Positions 18,175-27,758 of a stretch of 64,000 bases of DNA are shown here, one piece after another (the stretch's first letter is position 1; every line of letters begins with the position of its first letter). Source of the DNA: Oscillospiraceae bacterium (GTDB lineage: Bacteria > Bacillota > Clostridia > Oscillospirales > JAAYXM01). Both the position numbers and the translations under genes were made by a program. The stretch is taken from assembly GCA_017559985.1 (NCBI GenBank), contig JAFYPW010000036.1, positions 23,295 through 87,294 of the forward strand, in the 5' to 3' direction. The notes below the pieces were generated by a model. It did no database searches, had not been told where the DNA came from, and worked only from the letters and a program-made list of their open reading frames with translations.

Positions 18175-18800
18175 CGGTTGAAACTCTACCGGTAGGATAT
18201 CTCGGGACAAATTGTTATATAGTACACGACGGCAAAGCTGCGGTCGTGATTGACCCGGGCGATGATGTGGAAAAAATCCTTGAAACAGTGCGGGGACTGT
18301 CGCTTTCCGTAAAATATATTTTTCTGACACACGCACATTTTGACCATACGCTTGCAGCGGCTGGAACAGCTGAAATGACAGGCGCGGTAATCTGCGCTGC
18401 GTCGGGTGAATTTGCAAGGCTTTCAGACCCTGTTCTTTCGGGAAGTGAAAGTTTTCCGTTTGCGAAGTTCATTCCGCTTTCGGTGGAATTCGAGCTCTCG
18501 GAGAAGACATCCTTAAAAGTTGGAGAGCTTTCTTTTGAATTTATTGAGACGCCCGGACATACGGAAGGAAGCATATGTATTGTTTGCGGAGACACGATTT
18601 TTGCGGGCGACACTCTTTTTTACGGCAGCTGCGGAAGGTGCGACCTGCCGGGTGGAAACTTTGAAGATATGATGAAATCACTAAAAAAATTGTATGAGCT
18701 TCCGGGCGATTTCAAGGTGCTTCCCGGTCACGGAGAGGCAACAACCCTTTCCCGTGAGCGTCGGTATAATCCATATATGGCAGAGGCGGTAAGAAATTGA
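18171..18800 (+). CDS. MBL-fold metallo-hydrolase (glyoxalase II-like)
   Basis: 209 aa with 'LTHAHFDH' (HxHxDH) and 'TPGHTEGS'. A 4-nt ATGA overlap links it to dtd. Confidence 0.85.
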   Translation: MTVETLPVGYLGTNCYIVHDGKAAVVIDPGDDVEKILETVRGLSLSVKYIFLTHAHFDHTLAAAGTAEMTGAVICAASGEFARLSDPVLSGSESFPFAKFIPLSVEFELSEKTSLKVGELSFEFIETPGHTEGSICIVCGDTIFAGDTLFYGSCGRCDLPGGNFEDMMKSLKKLYELPGDFKVLPGHGEATTLSRERRYNPYMAEAVRN

Positions 18801-20269
18801 AGGTTTTTTTGGACGGTCACGATTTTGAATTTGCGACACAGCAGATATATATGTGTATGTTTCCTAACTCTCACGCGGAATTCGTTCCGGAAAAGCCCGT
18901 GGGTGGAGACTATATAGTTTCCCGGGTCCGGAGGCGGGAAGAAGAAATTTGTTCGGAAACGGAAATAAATTTAAGCGGTGAAATATCGGTAGGCACTGTG
19001 AATATACCTATTGCCGTCTCGTGTGACGGAGAGGACGAAAAACGCGCCGTCAGACGTGCTATAAAAACGTCATTTTATAATGCGGCGGTGCAGTTTACTT
19101 CCGAAAGACCGCAGTGGGGAGCACTAACCGGAATACGCCCGTCAAAGGTTGCGGCAAAATATCTCGATGAGGGTAGAAGTGAATCTGAAACCGTTGCTCT
19201 TATGGAAGAGGAATATTTTGTGTCAGAAACGAGGGCGCGTCTTGCGACCGACTGCGCCGTGCGGGCAAAAAAGTTAGCCGGAATTTCAAAACCGAATGAT
19301 TTTTCGTTGTATGTGGGAATTCCGTTCTGTGCATCGCGTTGCCGCTACTGCTCGTTTGTGAGCCATTCTGTCGAAAAGGCAGGCCATCTCATAGAACCGT
19401 ATCTCCGTATGCTGGAAAAGGAGCTTTCTGTTCTCGGAGAAGCGGCAGGCAAGTCGGGGCTTTCTCTTAAATCTGTGTATATCGGCGGCGGAACGCCGAC
19501 TGCAATTTCCGCAAAACAGCTTGAATTTGTTATGAGAACAATCGCTGATAATTTTGATATTGCAACGGCGGGGGAGTATACCGTTGAGGGCGGACGCCCC
19601 GATACGATAACGCCGGAAAAGATAAAAATCATAAAGCAATACGGAGCGACGCGCATAAGCGTCAATCCGCAGACTATGAACGATGAAATTCTCGCCGCGA
19701 TGGACAGACGCCACACCGCAGAGGATGTTATAAGGACTGTGCATGAGGTGAAGAACGAGGGCGGACTTATCATAAACACAGACCTTATTGCAGGGCTTCC
19801 GGGCGATAACTTTGAAAGTTTCAGATCGTCTTTGGACCGTGTACTTGCGTTTGAGCCCGAAAACATAACAGTGCACACACTGGCAGTCAAGCGCGGTTCA
19901 ACTCTTGCGCGAGAAAATTATCTTCTGCCGCAGGATGCCGAAACCGGACGTATGGTAGACTACGCATTGAAGACGGTGACCGCGGGCGGGTATGTTCCGT
20001 ATTACCTCTATCGACAGAAATATATGTCGGGAAACCTCGAAAATGTGGGATATTCAAAACCGGGTAGGGAAAGTGACTATAATAATTACATAATGGATGA
20101 GCTTCATACAATACTCTCCGCGGGAGCGGGCGGTGTGACAAAGCTTATCGACCGTTCCGGTGGCAGGATAGAGCGAATATTCAACCCGAAATATCCATAT
20201 GAATACAATAATGCAGAAGAGAAGATAAAACAGACAAGCACGGCAATATCAGAATTCTTCGTCGGATAG
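18797..20269 (+). CDS. hemZ: Radical-SAM coproporphyrinogen dehydrogenase-like protein (HemZ type)
   Basis: 490 aa with radical-SAM cluster motif 'CASRCRYCSF', 'YIGGGTP' and an HemN-like C-terminal region. It overlaps the preceding gene by 4 nt. Confidence 0.78.
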   Translation: MKVFLDGHDFEFATQQIYMCMFPNSHAEFVPEKPVGGDYIVSRVRRREEEICSETEINLSGEISVGTVNIPIAVSCDGEDEKRAVRRAIKTSFYNAAVQFTSERPQWGALTGIRPSKVAAKYLDEGRSESETVALMEEEYFVSETRARLATDCAVRAKKLAGISKPNDFSLYVGIPFCASRCRYCSFVSHSVEKAGHLIEPYLRMLEKELSVLGEAAGKSGLSLKSVYIGGGTPTAISAKQLEFVMRTIADNFDIATAGEYTVEGGRPDTITPEKIKIIKQYGATRISVNPQTMNDEILAAMDRRHTAEDVIRTVHEVKNEGGLIINTDLIAGLPGDNFESFRSSLDRVLAFEPENITVHTLAVKRGSTLARENYLLPQDAETGRMVDYALKTVTAGGYVPYYLYRQKYMSGNLENVGYSKPGRESDYNNYIMDELHTILSAGAGGVTKLIDRSGGRIERIFNPKYPYEYNNAEEKIKQTSTAISEFFVG

Positions 20270-20280
20270 GAGGAGCGGCT

Positions 20281-21216
20281 ATGGCTCTTGATTTAAAAGA
20301 GATAAATGTGCGGATAGAAAAAGACCCGTGCGGATTTGTGCAGGAATGTGAAGAAAACTACGAAAGAATGATTCTTGCATCAGCAAAGAAAATAGCCGGA
20401 AGGATAGATAAAAGCCGTGTGGTTCTTCTTTCGGGGCCTTCGGGTTCGGGAAAGACCACGACTGCCTTAAAGCTTGAAAAAGCCCTTGAAAATCTTGGCG
20501 TTGGAACTATTCCGGTTTCGCTTGATGACTATTTCAGAACGGTTGATTTCAAGACCGCTCCGAAAGATGAAAAGGGAAATATAGACTATGAATCGCCGGA
20601 ATGTCTTGACCTTCCGCTTCTCGACAGACACATAAAAGAGATTATAGACGGCGGGGAGGTATACGTTCCAAAATTTGATTTCAAGTCGCAGTCAAGGTCG
20701 GATATCACGACTCCGCTGAGACTTTCGAAAAACGAAATAGTCATATTCGAGGGAATTCACGCCCTTAACGATAAAATAACATCTGCCGCAGGAGAGCACG
20801 GTATAAAGCTCTATATTTCCGCACGGGAAAATATAATGAAGGACGGAAAGGTGTTTTATAAAGGGACGTGGACGAGGCTTACGAGAAGGCTTGTACGCGA
20901 CAATCTCTTTCGCGGTGCCGATGCAAACTTCACACTTCCCATATGGGAGAATATCCGGCGCGGTGAGAAGATGTATATTTCGCCGTTTCGCGACCGTGCG
21001 GATATCATAATAAACTCAACCCACGGCTATGAGATAAACGTACTTAAAAAGCATCTCAAAGCGGCGGTTACGAGTGTTCCTACCGGTATTCCGCGATATG
21101 ATGAAATCTGCGAGCTTCTTGAAAATGTAAACGGCTTTTCAGACCTTTCGGATGATTTTGTGCCGAAGGACTCGCTACTTCGTGAATTTATAGGCGGCGG
21201 AAGTTTTAAGTATTGA
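20281..21216 (+). CDS. Uridine-kinase/phosphoribulokinase-family P-loop kinase (specificity unknown)
   Basis: 311 aa with Walker A 'GPSGSGKTT'. 'DDYF', 'FEGIH' and 'RDxxxRG' patterns are typical of Udk-family kinases. Confidence 0.65.
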   Translation: MALDLKEINVRIEKDPCGFVQECEENYERMILASAKKIAGRIDKSRVVLLSGPSGSGKTTTALKLEKALENLGVGTIPVSLDDYFRTVDFKTAPKDEKGNIDYESPECLDLPLLDRHIKEIIDGGEVYVPKFDFKSQSRSDITTPLRLSKNEIVIFEGIHALNDKITSAAGEHGIKLYISARENIMKDGKVFYKGTWTRLTRRLVRDNLFRGADANFTLPIWENIRRGEKMYISPFRDRADIIINSTHGYEINVLKKHLKAAVTSVPTGIPRYDEICELLENVNGFSDLSDDFVPKDSLLREFIGGGSFKY

Positions 21217-21274
21217 TTTAGAAAAGAAAAGAGAGTATAATTTAAAATATGAAAGGTTTAAGGAGGGTTTTAAT

Positions 21275-21673
21275 ATGAACGATAGAATCAAAGGTATCTG
21301 GGATAAGATAGTTGCAGGTGCAAATGTTGCAGGCGCTTTCGCTTCAAAGACGGCAGAAACAGCGGGTAAGAAAGCAACAGATGTTTTCAACACATCCAAA
21401 TTAAGCCTTAAAGTTTTTGACCTCAAAACAGATATAGACGTCCTCTACAAAGAGGTAGGGCGTATGATTTATGCTGCCCACACAAACGAAGAGGCTTCTA
21501 CCGAAGAACTTGACGCAAAGCTTCTTGAAATTGATAAAAAGCTTTCCGAAATAGAAGAAATCAAGGTAGTCATAGAAAACAGCCGCACAACGAAAAAATG
21601 CCCTGAATGCGAAAGGGAAAACCCACGTGACAGCGCGTTCTGTGCAGGGTGCGGTACAAGGCTTGATATTTAA
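21275..21673 (+). CDS. Zinc-ribbon domain protein (coiled-coil N-terminal part)
   Basis: 132 aa with a C-terminal 'CPECERENPRDSAFCAGCG' zinc ribbon. Confidence 0.6.
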   Translation: MNDRIKGIWDKIVAGANVAGAFASKTAETAGKKATDVFNTSKLSLKVFDLKTDIDVLYKEVGRMIYAAHTNEEASTEELDAKLLEIDKKLSEIEEIKVVIENSRTTKKCPECERENPRDSAFCAGCGTRLDI

Positions 21674-21723
21674 AGATGGGCGGCATATAAGCCGCCCAAA
21701 AAGTTTATAAGGAAGTTGTTTTT

Positions 21724-22992
21724 ATGGATATACTTTTTAAAAATGCACGAGTCATAACGATGGACGAAGCGACCTCTTATCTTGAAAACGCGTATGTCGC
21801 TGTTTCCGGCAGGAAGATAGAATATGTCGGCACGTGCCGTCCTGAGAAAACGCCAAAAAGAGAAATCGATGCACGCGGCAAAGTTATTATGCCGGGAATT
21901 GTCAATACGCATACACATATCCCCATGACTCTCTTTCGCGGGCTTTCGGATGATTGTGAGCTTCAGGTATGGCTCACACAGTACATCTGGCCTGCGGAGG
22001 ACAAGCTCACATCTGACCGCGTAAGGCTCGCAAGCGAGCTTGCCATCGCGGAGATGTTAAGAAGCGGAACAACCTCCTTTTCGGACAGTTATTTCTTTGT
22101 TGATGCCATTGCAGATGCAGTTAAAAGCTCCGGCATCCGTGCAAATCTGTCGCGCTCAATCGTGGGAAGCGGCGAAGAGTATGAGGAAATGGCGTCGGTT
22201 TCTGAGATGAAAGAGCTTTATAAAAACTATCATATGTTTGATGACGGAAGAATAAAGGTTGATGCGTCAATACACGCCGAATACACATCTGAGACGGAAT
22301 GCAGAATAAAAACCGCGGCGTTTGCGCGTGAAAACGGTCTTGTTTTGCAGATTCATACATCCGAAACGAAAAAGGAACATAACGACTGTATTGAAAAATA
22401 CGGAAGAACTCCTACGGCACAGTTTGAGAAGGAAGGCCTTTTTGACGGAGTGACCCCTCTTCTTGCACATTGCTGCCATATAACGGAAGACGATATGGAA
22501 ATAATCAGAAACAGGGGCGGCTCTGTCGCGCACTGTCCGTACAGCAACTTAAAACTTGCATCGGGAGTTGCGCCGGTTCCTGCAATGATGAAGAAGGGCG
22601 TTAACGTAACTCTCGCAACAGACGGTGTTGCAAGCAATAACAACACCGATATGTTTGAGGAAATCAAGCTCTTTGCGACGCTTCACAAGGGGATTTGCGG
22701 CGACCCGACGGCAATCGGTGCTTTGAAGGCACTCCGTGCGGCAACGTTAAACGGTGCAGCTGCACAGGGACGCAGTAACCTCGGAAGAATAAAAAAAGGC
22801 TTTGAAGCGGATATGATAATGCTTGATTTTGACCGCCCGCACCTTATTCCGTGCCATAATACAATTTCAAATGTCGTCTATTCGGCAAACGGCAGTGATG
22901 TCGTTATGACTATGGTTGGAGGAAAAATTCTCTATGAAGACGGGGAATTCAAGACGATAGACATAGAACGTGTAAAGAGTTTGCTGGCATAA
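21724..22992 (+). CDS. mtaD: Amidohydrolase, 5-methylthioadenosine/S-adenosylhomocysteine deaminase-like
   Basis: 422 aa with 'GKVIMPGIVNTHTHIPMT', 'IHTSET', 'AHC' and 'LATDGVASNN', the pattern of MtaD/SsnA-class deaminases. Confidence 0.75.
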   Translation: MDILFKNARVITMDEATSYLENAYVAVSGRKIEYVGTCRPEKTPKREIDARGKVIMPGIVNTHTHIPMTLFRGLSDDCELQVWLTQYIWPAEDKLTSDRVRLASELAIAEMLRSGTTSFSDSYFFVDAIADAVKSSGIRANLSRSIVGSGEEYEEMASVSEMKELYKNYHMFDDGRIKVDASIHAEYTSETECRIKTAAFARENGLVLQIHTSETKKEHNDCIEKYGRTPTAQFEKEGLFDGVTPLLAHCCHITEDDMEIIRNRGGSVAHCPYSNLKLASGVAPVPAMMKKGVNVTLATDGVASNNNTDMFEEIKLFATLHKGICGDPTAIGALKALRAATLNGAAAQGRSNLGRIKKGFEADMIMLDFDRPHLIPCHNTISNVVYSANGSDVVMTMVGGKILYEDGEFKTIDIERVKSLLA

Positions 22993-23045
22993 GACAAGAC
23001 CTCTCATCATAAATTCGCAGTATAGAAAAGAAGGTGTGAATTTAT

Positions 23046-24632
23046 ATGAGAGTATCAGAAAAACAAAGTTTTCTGCACGGTGCCGCAGTTCTTGCCGTGG
23101 CGGGAATTGCCGTTAAGATAATCGGCGCATTCTACAAAATTCCGCTTGGTTCGATTCTGGGCCCTGTGGGTATGGCAAATTTTTCGGTCGCGTATAACAT
23201 TTATGCGCTTCTGTTTGTTCTCTCAACTGCCGGTGTTCCGGTTGCGGTTTCAAAGCTCGTGGCTGAAAGCCTTGCCTGTGGCAGGGTGAGCGAGGTCTGT
23301 AAAATTTACAGGGTTTCCTATCTTGCATTTGTTTCGGTCGGTGCGGCAGGATTTGTTCTGATGTTTGTCTTTGCAAAGCCGATTGCAACAATAATGGGAA
23401 ATGCGGATGCTGCGGCAGCAATCCGCGCAATTTCTCCCGCTGTTTTGTTTGTCTCAATGTCTGCGATAAACCGCGGATATTTTCAGGGACAATCCAATAT
23501 GTATCCGACTGCGATTTCTGAGGTGGCGGAAGCTTCGGGAAAGCTTGTTTTCGGAATAGGAGCTGCGTGGTATCTGAAAACACGGGGTTTTTCCGACGGT
23601 ATGGTTTCAGCCGGCGCCGTCTGCGGCGTTTCTGCGGGTGCGCTTCTTTCGGCACTGTATTTTGCAGCAAAAAGGGATAACGGAGAACAAAGCAGAAACA
23701 CCCGGACACAGAGCTTTCCGGAAATTCTTTTAAAGCTTATAAAGCTTTCCGTGCCGATAACGCTTGGTGCGGCTGTAATAAGCCTTACGAATGTTATAGA
23801 TTCCGCGCTCGTTATGAATTTGCTGGGAGAAAGGCTTTTTTCAAGGGAGCGCGCAAAATGGCTTTTTGGGGCATATAACTATGCGACAACACTCTTTAAT
23901 CTTCCTTCTGCGCTTGTCGCAACACTTTCCGCATCTCTTATACCTACGCTTTCGGGCGCTCTTGCAAAGCGGGAATTCACATCACTTTCAAAGGGTGTGA
24001 ATACGGGTATAAAGCTTGCGATGATGCTTGCCGTGCCTGCATCTTTTGGTATGTCATATCTCTCGGAGGGCATCATAGAGCTTTTGTACGGCGGTGGGAT
24101 AGATGCAGAATGTATAGCGGTGTCGGGAAAGCTTCTCGCCATCGTTTCGGCGGCGATAGCGCCGCTCTGCCTTGTAACTGTCACAAGCTCTGTTCATCAG
24201 GCAATGGGGAGCGCGGACATCCCCGTGAAAGCGATGCTTTGCGGCTGTGTTGTCAAAATAATTTCCAACCTTGTCCTTGTGTCAGATTCAGACATAAACA
24301 TATACGGAGCGGCGTGGAGTACGGTTCTGTGCTATTTTACAATAGCTGTGTTCAACGTTTCTTCACTTAAAAAATATTCTTTTATAAAACTGAAAAAATC
24401 CGATGTTTTTCTTGCACCGCTCTTTCTTGGGATTGTAACTTTTTGCGCGGCAACAGTAGCAAAAAAATGCGCATTTTCTGTTTTTGATAGCAAAATCACC
24501 ACTGTTCTGGCAGTCGCTTCCGGTGCCGCGGCGTGTGTCGCGTGTGCTTTCTTGACCGGCATTGCCGCAAAAGATGATTTCAAGGTTACTTTTAAGCGAA
24601 AAAAAGTATCTAAATTTTTAAATAATGATTGA
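23046..24632 (+). CDS. MOP-superfamily flippase (YabM/SpoVB/MurJ-like polysaccharide biosynthesis protein)
   Basis: 528 aa, polytopic. N-terminus 'FLHGAAVLAVAGIAVKIIGAFYKIPL' is typical of this family. Its position upstream of mazG matches B. subtilis yabM. Confidence 0.8.
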   Translation: MRVSEKQSFLHGAAVLAVAGIAVKIIGAFYKIPLGSILGPVGMANFSVAYNIYALLFVLSTAGVPVAVSKLVAESLACGRVSEVCKIYRVSYLAFVSVGAAGFVLMFVFAKPIATIMGNADAAAAIRAISPAVLFVSMSAINRGYFQGQSNMYPTAISEVAEASGKLVFGIGAAWYLKTRGFSDGMVSAGAVCGVSAGALLSALYFAAKRDNGEQSRNTRTQSFPEILLKLIKLSVPITLGAAVISLTNVIDSALVMNLLGERLFSRERAKWLFGAYNYATTLFNLPSALVATLSASLIPTLSGALAKREFTSLSKGVNTGIKLAMMLAVPASFGMSYLSEGIIELLYGGGIDAECIAVSGKLLAIVSAAIAPLCLVTVTSSVHQAMGSADIPVKAMLCGCVVKIISNLVLVSDSDINIYGAAWSTVLCYFTIAVFNVSSLKKYSFIKLKKSDVFLAPLFLGIVTFCAATVAKKCAFSVFDSKITTVLAVASGAAACVACAFLTGIAAKDDFKVTFKRKKVSKFLNND

Positions 24633-24677
24633 AAAATTTAGATATTTTAAAAAAATACTTGCAGGAGAACGATAAAT

Positions 24678-25406
24678 ATGGTAAATTTTTTAAGTAAGGA
24701 TAAATATGTTTTTGAAGACCTCATTGAAATAACAAAGATTCTCCGCTCTGACGGGGGCTGTCCGTGGGACAGGGAACAGACACATAAAAGTGTGAGAATG
24801 AACTTTGTCGAAGAGGTTTTTGAAGCTTGCGAAGCGATAGACAATGACAACCCGGAGCTTCTTCTTGAAGAGCTTGGGGATGTTTTGGCGCAGGTGGTTT
24901 TTCACGCCCAGATAGAAAACGAAATCGGCAGGTTTGACATAAACGATGTGGCAGACGGTGTCTGCAAGAAGTTTATCGAGCGTCACCCGCATGTTTTCGG
25001 AGAGGTATCTGCCGAAACTTCCGACGAGGTTTTAAAAAACTGGGATGAAATCAAACGGCGCGAGAAAAAACAGACGACACATTTCTCTGCGATGGATTCC
25101 GTTGCCCGGAGTCTTCCGGCACTTATGCGTGCAGAAAAGCTTCAGAGCAAAGCAAAGAAGGCAGGACTTCCCCAGAAGAATGTTTTGAGCCTTTCTGAGC
25201 TTATAGAAGAAGAACTCTCTAAGGGAGAGGAGATGAACATCGGAAATGTTCTCTTCCTCGCAGTTTCGCTTGCAAGAAGGCTTGGAGTCAATCCCGAGCA
25301 GGAGCTTGATTTGAGAAACGAAGAGTTTCTTCACAATTTCAAAAAGCTTGAAAACGAAAAGGGAGAGCTGTCACAGCTCCTTTCCGAAAATCAGGACAAG
25401 CTTTAA
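24678..25406 (+). CDS. mazG: MazG nucleoside-triphosphate pyrophosphohydrolase
   Basis: 242 aa with 'CPWDREQTH', 'EEVFEACEAI' and 'LEELGDVLAQVVFHAQ' MazG motifs. Confidence 0.9.
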   Translation: MVNFLSKDKYVFEDLIEITKILRSDGGCPWDREQTHKSVRMNFVEEVFEACEAIDNDNPELLLEELGDVLAQVVFHAQIENEIGRFDINDVADGVCKKFIERHPHVFGEVSAETSDEVLKNWDEIKRREKKQTTHFSAMDSVARSLPALMRAEKLQSKAKKAGLPQKNVLSLSELIEEELSKGEEMNIGNVLFLAVSLARRLGVNPEQELDLRNEEFLHNFKKLENEKGELSQLLSENQDKL

Positions 25407-25473
25407 AAACATTTGCTAAAACGGCTGGGGATAAACCGCCTTTTAGATAAAAACAAAATAGGAGGCAAAACAG

Positions 25474-25749
25474 ATGAACAAGACAGAATTGGTAAATGCA
25501 GTTGCTGATAAGGCAGGATTTTCCAAGAAGGATGCTGAGAAGGTAATCAATGCTACAATTGATGCTATCACAGCAGCTCTTAAAGCAGGCGATAAGGTTC
25601 AGCTCGTTGGTTTTGGTGCATTTGAGGTTAAGTCCCGTGCAGCACGTCAGGGCAGAAATCCGCGCACAAAGGAAACTATCACAATTCCTGCATCAAAGAG
25701 CCCTGTTTTCAAGGCTGGTAAGGCACTTAAAGACGCTGTTTCCAAGTAA
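25474..25749 (+). CDS. hup: DNA-binding protein HU
   Basis: 91 aa with 'MNKTELV', 'GFGAFEVKSRAARQGRNPRT' and 'PVFKAGKALKDAV'. Confidence 0.96.
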   Translation: MNKTELVNAVADKAGFSKKDAEKVINATIDAITAALKAGDKVQLVGFGAFEVKSRAARQGRNPRTKETITIPASKSPVFKAGKALKDAVSK

Positions 25750-25834
25750 TTAAAACTTTTACAGCATTGTGTTCGGGGCGGGGATATTCTTCGCCCCGAA
25801 ATACAGACCAAATATTCCCAAACGAAGGATAAAA

Positions 25835-26077
25835 ATGAGAATAGACAAGTATCTCAAAGTTTCAAGACTTATTAAAAGAAGGACGGTCGCAAACGAAGCG
25901 TGCGACAATGGCAGAGTCTCGGTAAACGGAAAGCCGGTGAAAGCATCATACGATGTTAAGGTTTCCGATGTTATTGAGATTTCTTTTGCTACTCGTACAC
26001 TTAAAATACGTGTGCTTGCCGTCTCTGAACATATCACCAAGGATGAGGCGCACACTATGTATGAAGAAGTGCGCTGA
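25835..26077 (+). CDS. S4-domain RNA-binding protein (YabO-like)
   Basis: 80 aa from the ATG at 25835 ('MRIDKYLKVSRLIKRRTVANEACDNGRVSVNGK'). The track ORF begins earlier at a non-ATG codon. Confidence 0.85.
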   Translation: MRIDKYLKVSRLIKRRTVANEACDNGRVSVNGKPVKASYDVKVSDVIEISFATRTLKIRVLAVSEHITKDEAHTMYEEVR

Positions 26078-26152
26078 TTTTTATATTTAAATTTGCGAAT
26101 AAACTGTTGGTGCATCCAATATAATTAAGCAGAATGTTATGGAGGTGCACTT

Positions 26153-26437
26153 ATGCAGATTGAAGATAAAAATATGCTGCGGGACGTTCCGCAGAACATA
26201 ATAATAGAAAACCGTTCCAGAATGTCAGTTTCGGGTGTTTCGGATGTCGAAAACTTCGATGAAAACACGGTCGTGCTTTATACAACGCGCGGTCTTCTGA
26301 CCGTCCGCGGCGTGGGGCTTCACATAGAACGGTTGAGTCTGGAGTCCGGTGAACTTGCCGTGGAGGGGACGATCGACGGGATAGAATACAGTGCAGAAGC
26401 AGAGACGGGCGGGTTCTGGTCCCGCTTGTTCCGCTAG
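26153..26437 (+). CDS. yabP: Sporulation protein YabP
   Basis: 94 aa with 'IENRSRMSVSGVSDVENFDENTVVLYT..GLLTVRG..LHIERLSLESGEL', typical of YabP. Confidence 0.85.
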   Translation: MQIEDKNMLRDVPQNIIIENRSRMSVSGVSDVENFDENTVVLYTTRGLLTVRGVGLHIERLSLESGELAVEGTIDGIEYSAEAETGGFWSRLFR

Positions 26438-26440
26438 GCG

Positions 26441-26953
26441 GTGTCTGCCGTGCTCAATTCAGTGTCTTCACAAACGGTTGAGTTTTTATACTCGGCGCTC
26501 CTCGGTGTTTCTCTCGCTGCAATGTTCGACATATTCCGTGTTCTTCGTGTATATGCTCCGAAGAAAAAGCTATATACAGCCTTTCTTGATATAGCCTTCT
26601 GGGCACTTGCAACAGTCGGGCTTTTTGCCTTTGTTCTAACGGTTTCGGCAGGGCGGATGCGATGGTATGTCTTGTTCGGCACATTCTGCGGAAGCTTTGT
26701 TTATATGTCAGCATTAAGCGATATTGTTTTTAAGATTATGCTCTCGGTCGTTAGACTTATACAAAAGTTATTGAACCTTCTCACACGTCCGCTGTATCTC
26801 TTTCTGAGGTGGGGCTGGGGGATAATTAAAAAAACAGGAAGAAAAACGGAAGCCGGCATACGGACCGGCATTAAGAAACGAAAACAAAAGAAAGGAAGGG
26901 CCGGTAAAGATGGCGGCAAGAAAAAGAAAGAAGCGGAAAGGTTTATTGCCTAA
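26441..26953 (+). CDS. yabQ: Spore cortex biosynthesis protein YabQ (with a Lys/Arg-rich C-terminal tail)
   Basis: 170 aa with four hydrophobic segments; 'FDIFRVLR' is typical of YabQ. Its position directly after yabP supports the call. Confidence 0.7.
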   Translation: MSAVLNSVSSQTVEFLYSALLGVSLAAMFDIFRVLRVYAPKKKLYTAFLDIAFWALATVGLFAFVLTVSAGRMRWYVLFGTFCGSFVYMSALSDIVFKIMLSVVRLIQKLLNLLTRPLYLFLRWGWGIIKKTGRKTEAGIRTGIKKRKQKKGRAGKDGGKKKKEAERFIA

Positions 26954-27200
26954 GCTCATCCTTGCTGTATTTGTTATATATGCAACCGGTGTTCTGATTT
27001 CCAATCAGGTAAAAATCAACAGGCTTGAAAGCAGCACAGCTGAGCTTGATGAGCTTATAGCGACAGAGGAAATAAAAAAGGCGCAGCTTGAGCAGGCGCT
27101 TTCTGACGAGATAGATGACGACTATGTAACAAAAGAGGCACAGAGCCAGGGCTACGCCGCGCCAAATGAGCGCGTTTTTGTAGATGTTTCGGGAAGCTGA
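26910..27200 (+). CDS. divIC: Septum formation initiator (DivIC/FtsB family)
   Basis: 96 aa with a basic N-terminus, a single TM helix, then a coiled coil ('NRLESSTAELDELIATEEIKKAQLEQ'). It overlaps the yabQ 3' end by 44 nt. Confidence 0.75.
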   Translation: MAARKRKKRKGLLPKLILAVFVIYATGVLISNQVKINRLESSTAELDELIATEEIKKAQLEQALSDEIDDDYVTKEAQSQGYAAPNERVFVDVSGS

Positions 27201-27238
27201 TACGCTTTCTAAAAATACAAAGGAGGAAACAGCAGAGT

Positions 27239-27649
27239 ATGGGACTCGAAGTAGGGGCCGTTTGTATGGGGAAGGTCACGTCAATTACGAAATATGGTGC
27301 GTTTGTTGCACTTGAAGAGGGAAAGAGCGGTATGGTACATATATCCGAAATATCCCACACATACGTAAATGACATAAACGACCACTTGCAGACAGGGCAG
27401 GAGGTAAAGGTAAAAATAATAGGAATTGACGAAAACGGAAGGATAAGCCTGTCTGTCAGAAAGGCCGAACCCAAGCCGGAGCAACGTCCGCAGCAGAATT
27501 TTGCGCCACGTCCTGCACCCGCAAAGCAGCCTGTTGAGTTGTCTTTTGAAGACAAGTTAAAGCAGTTTATGCAAGACAGCGACAGCAAGATATCCGGAAT
27601 AAAGCAATATTCCGAGCGTCGCACGAATACGCGCCGCGCCCGAAGATAA
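27239..27649 (+). CDS. S1 RNA-binding domain protein (YabR-like)
   Basis: 136 aa with the S1 fold pattern 'GAVCMGKVTSITKYGAFVAL..GKSGMVHISEIS..V..GQEVKVKIIGIDENGRISLS'. Confidence 0.85.
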   Translation: MGLEVGAVCMGKVTSITKYGAFVALEEGKSGMVHISEISHTYVNDINDHLQTGQEVKVKIIGIDENGRISLSVRKAEPKPEQRPQQNFAPRPAPAKQPVELSFEDKLKQFMQDSDSKISGIKQYSERRTNTRRARR

Positions 27650-27656
27650 AAAATGA

Positions 27657-27697
27657 AAGCCGAGGCAAACTATAATAATTTGCTTCGGCTTTTTTGC
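27657..27697 (+). terminator. Rho-independent terminator after the yab cluster
   Basis: Stem AAGCCGAGGCAAA (27657-27669) / TTTGCTTCGGCTT (27679-27691) with one G-U pair, followed by TTTTTGC. Confidence 0.7.
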
Positions 27698-27758
27698 ATT
27701 TTTAAATGTTTTTCCAAATATACTTTAAAGAGAAGTATATTCGGAGGTTTAACGTAAG

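Noticed and set aside
21678-21697. GC-rich hairpin GGGCGGC-ATATAA-GCCGCCC after the zinc-ribbon gene
   Set aside because: The stem is good, but it is followed by AAAAAG rather than a T-run on the plus strand. I could not call it an intrinsic terminator with confidence, though it may be a stability element.
27698-27758. Possible sigma-E-type promoter upstream of spoIIP (ATATACT near 27719-27726), and likewise upstream of yabP
   Set aside because: It is only a partial resemblance to the CATACAnT -10 consensus, and I found no convincing -35. It is not reportable without transcript mapping.
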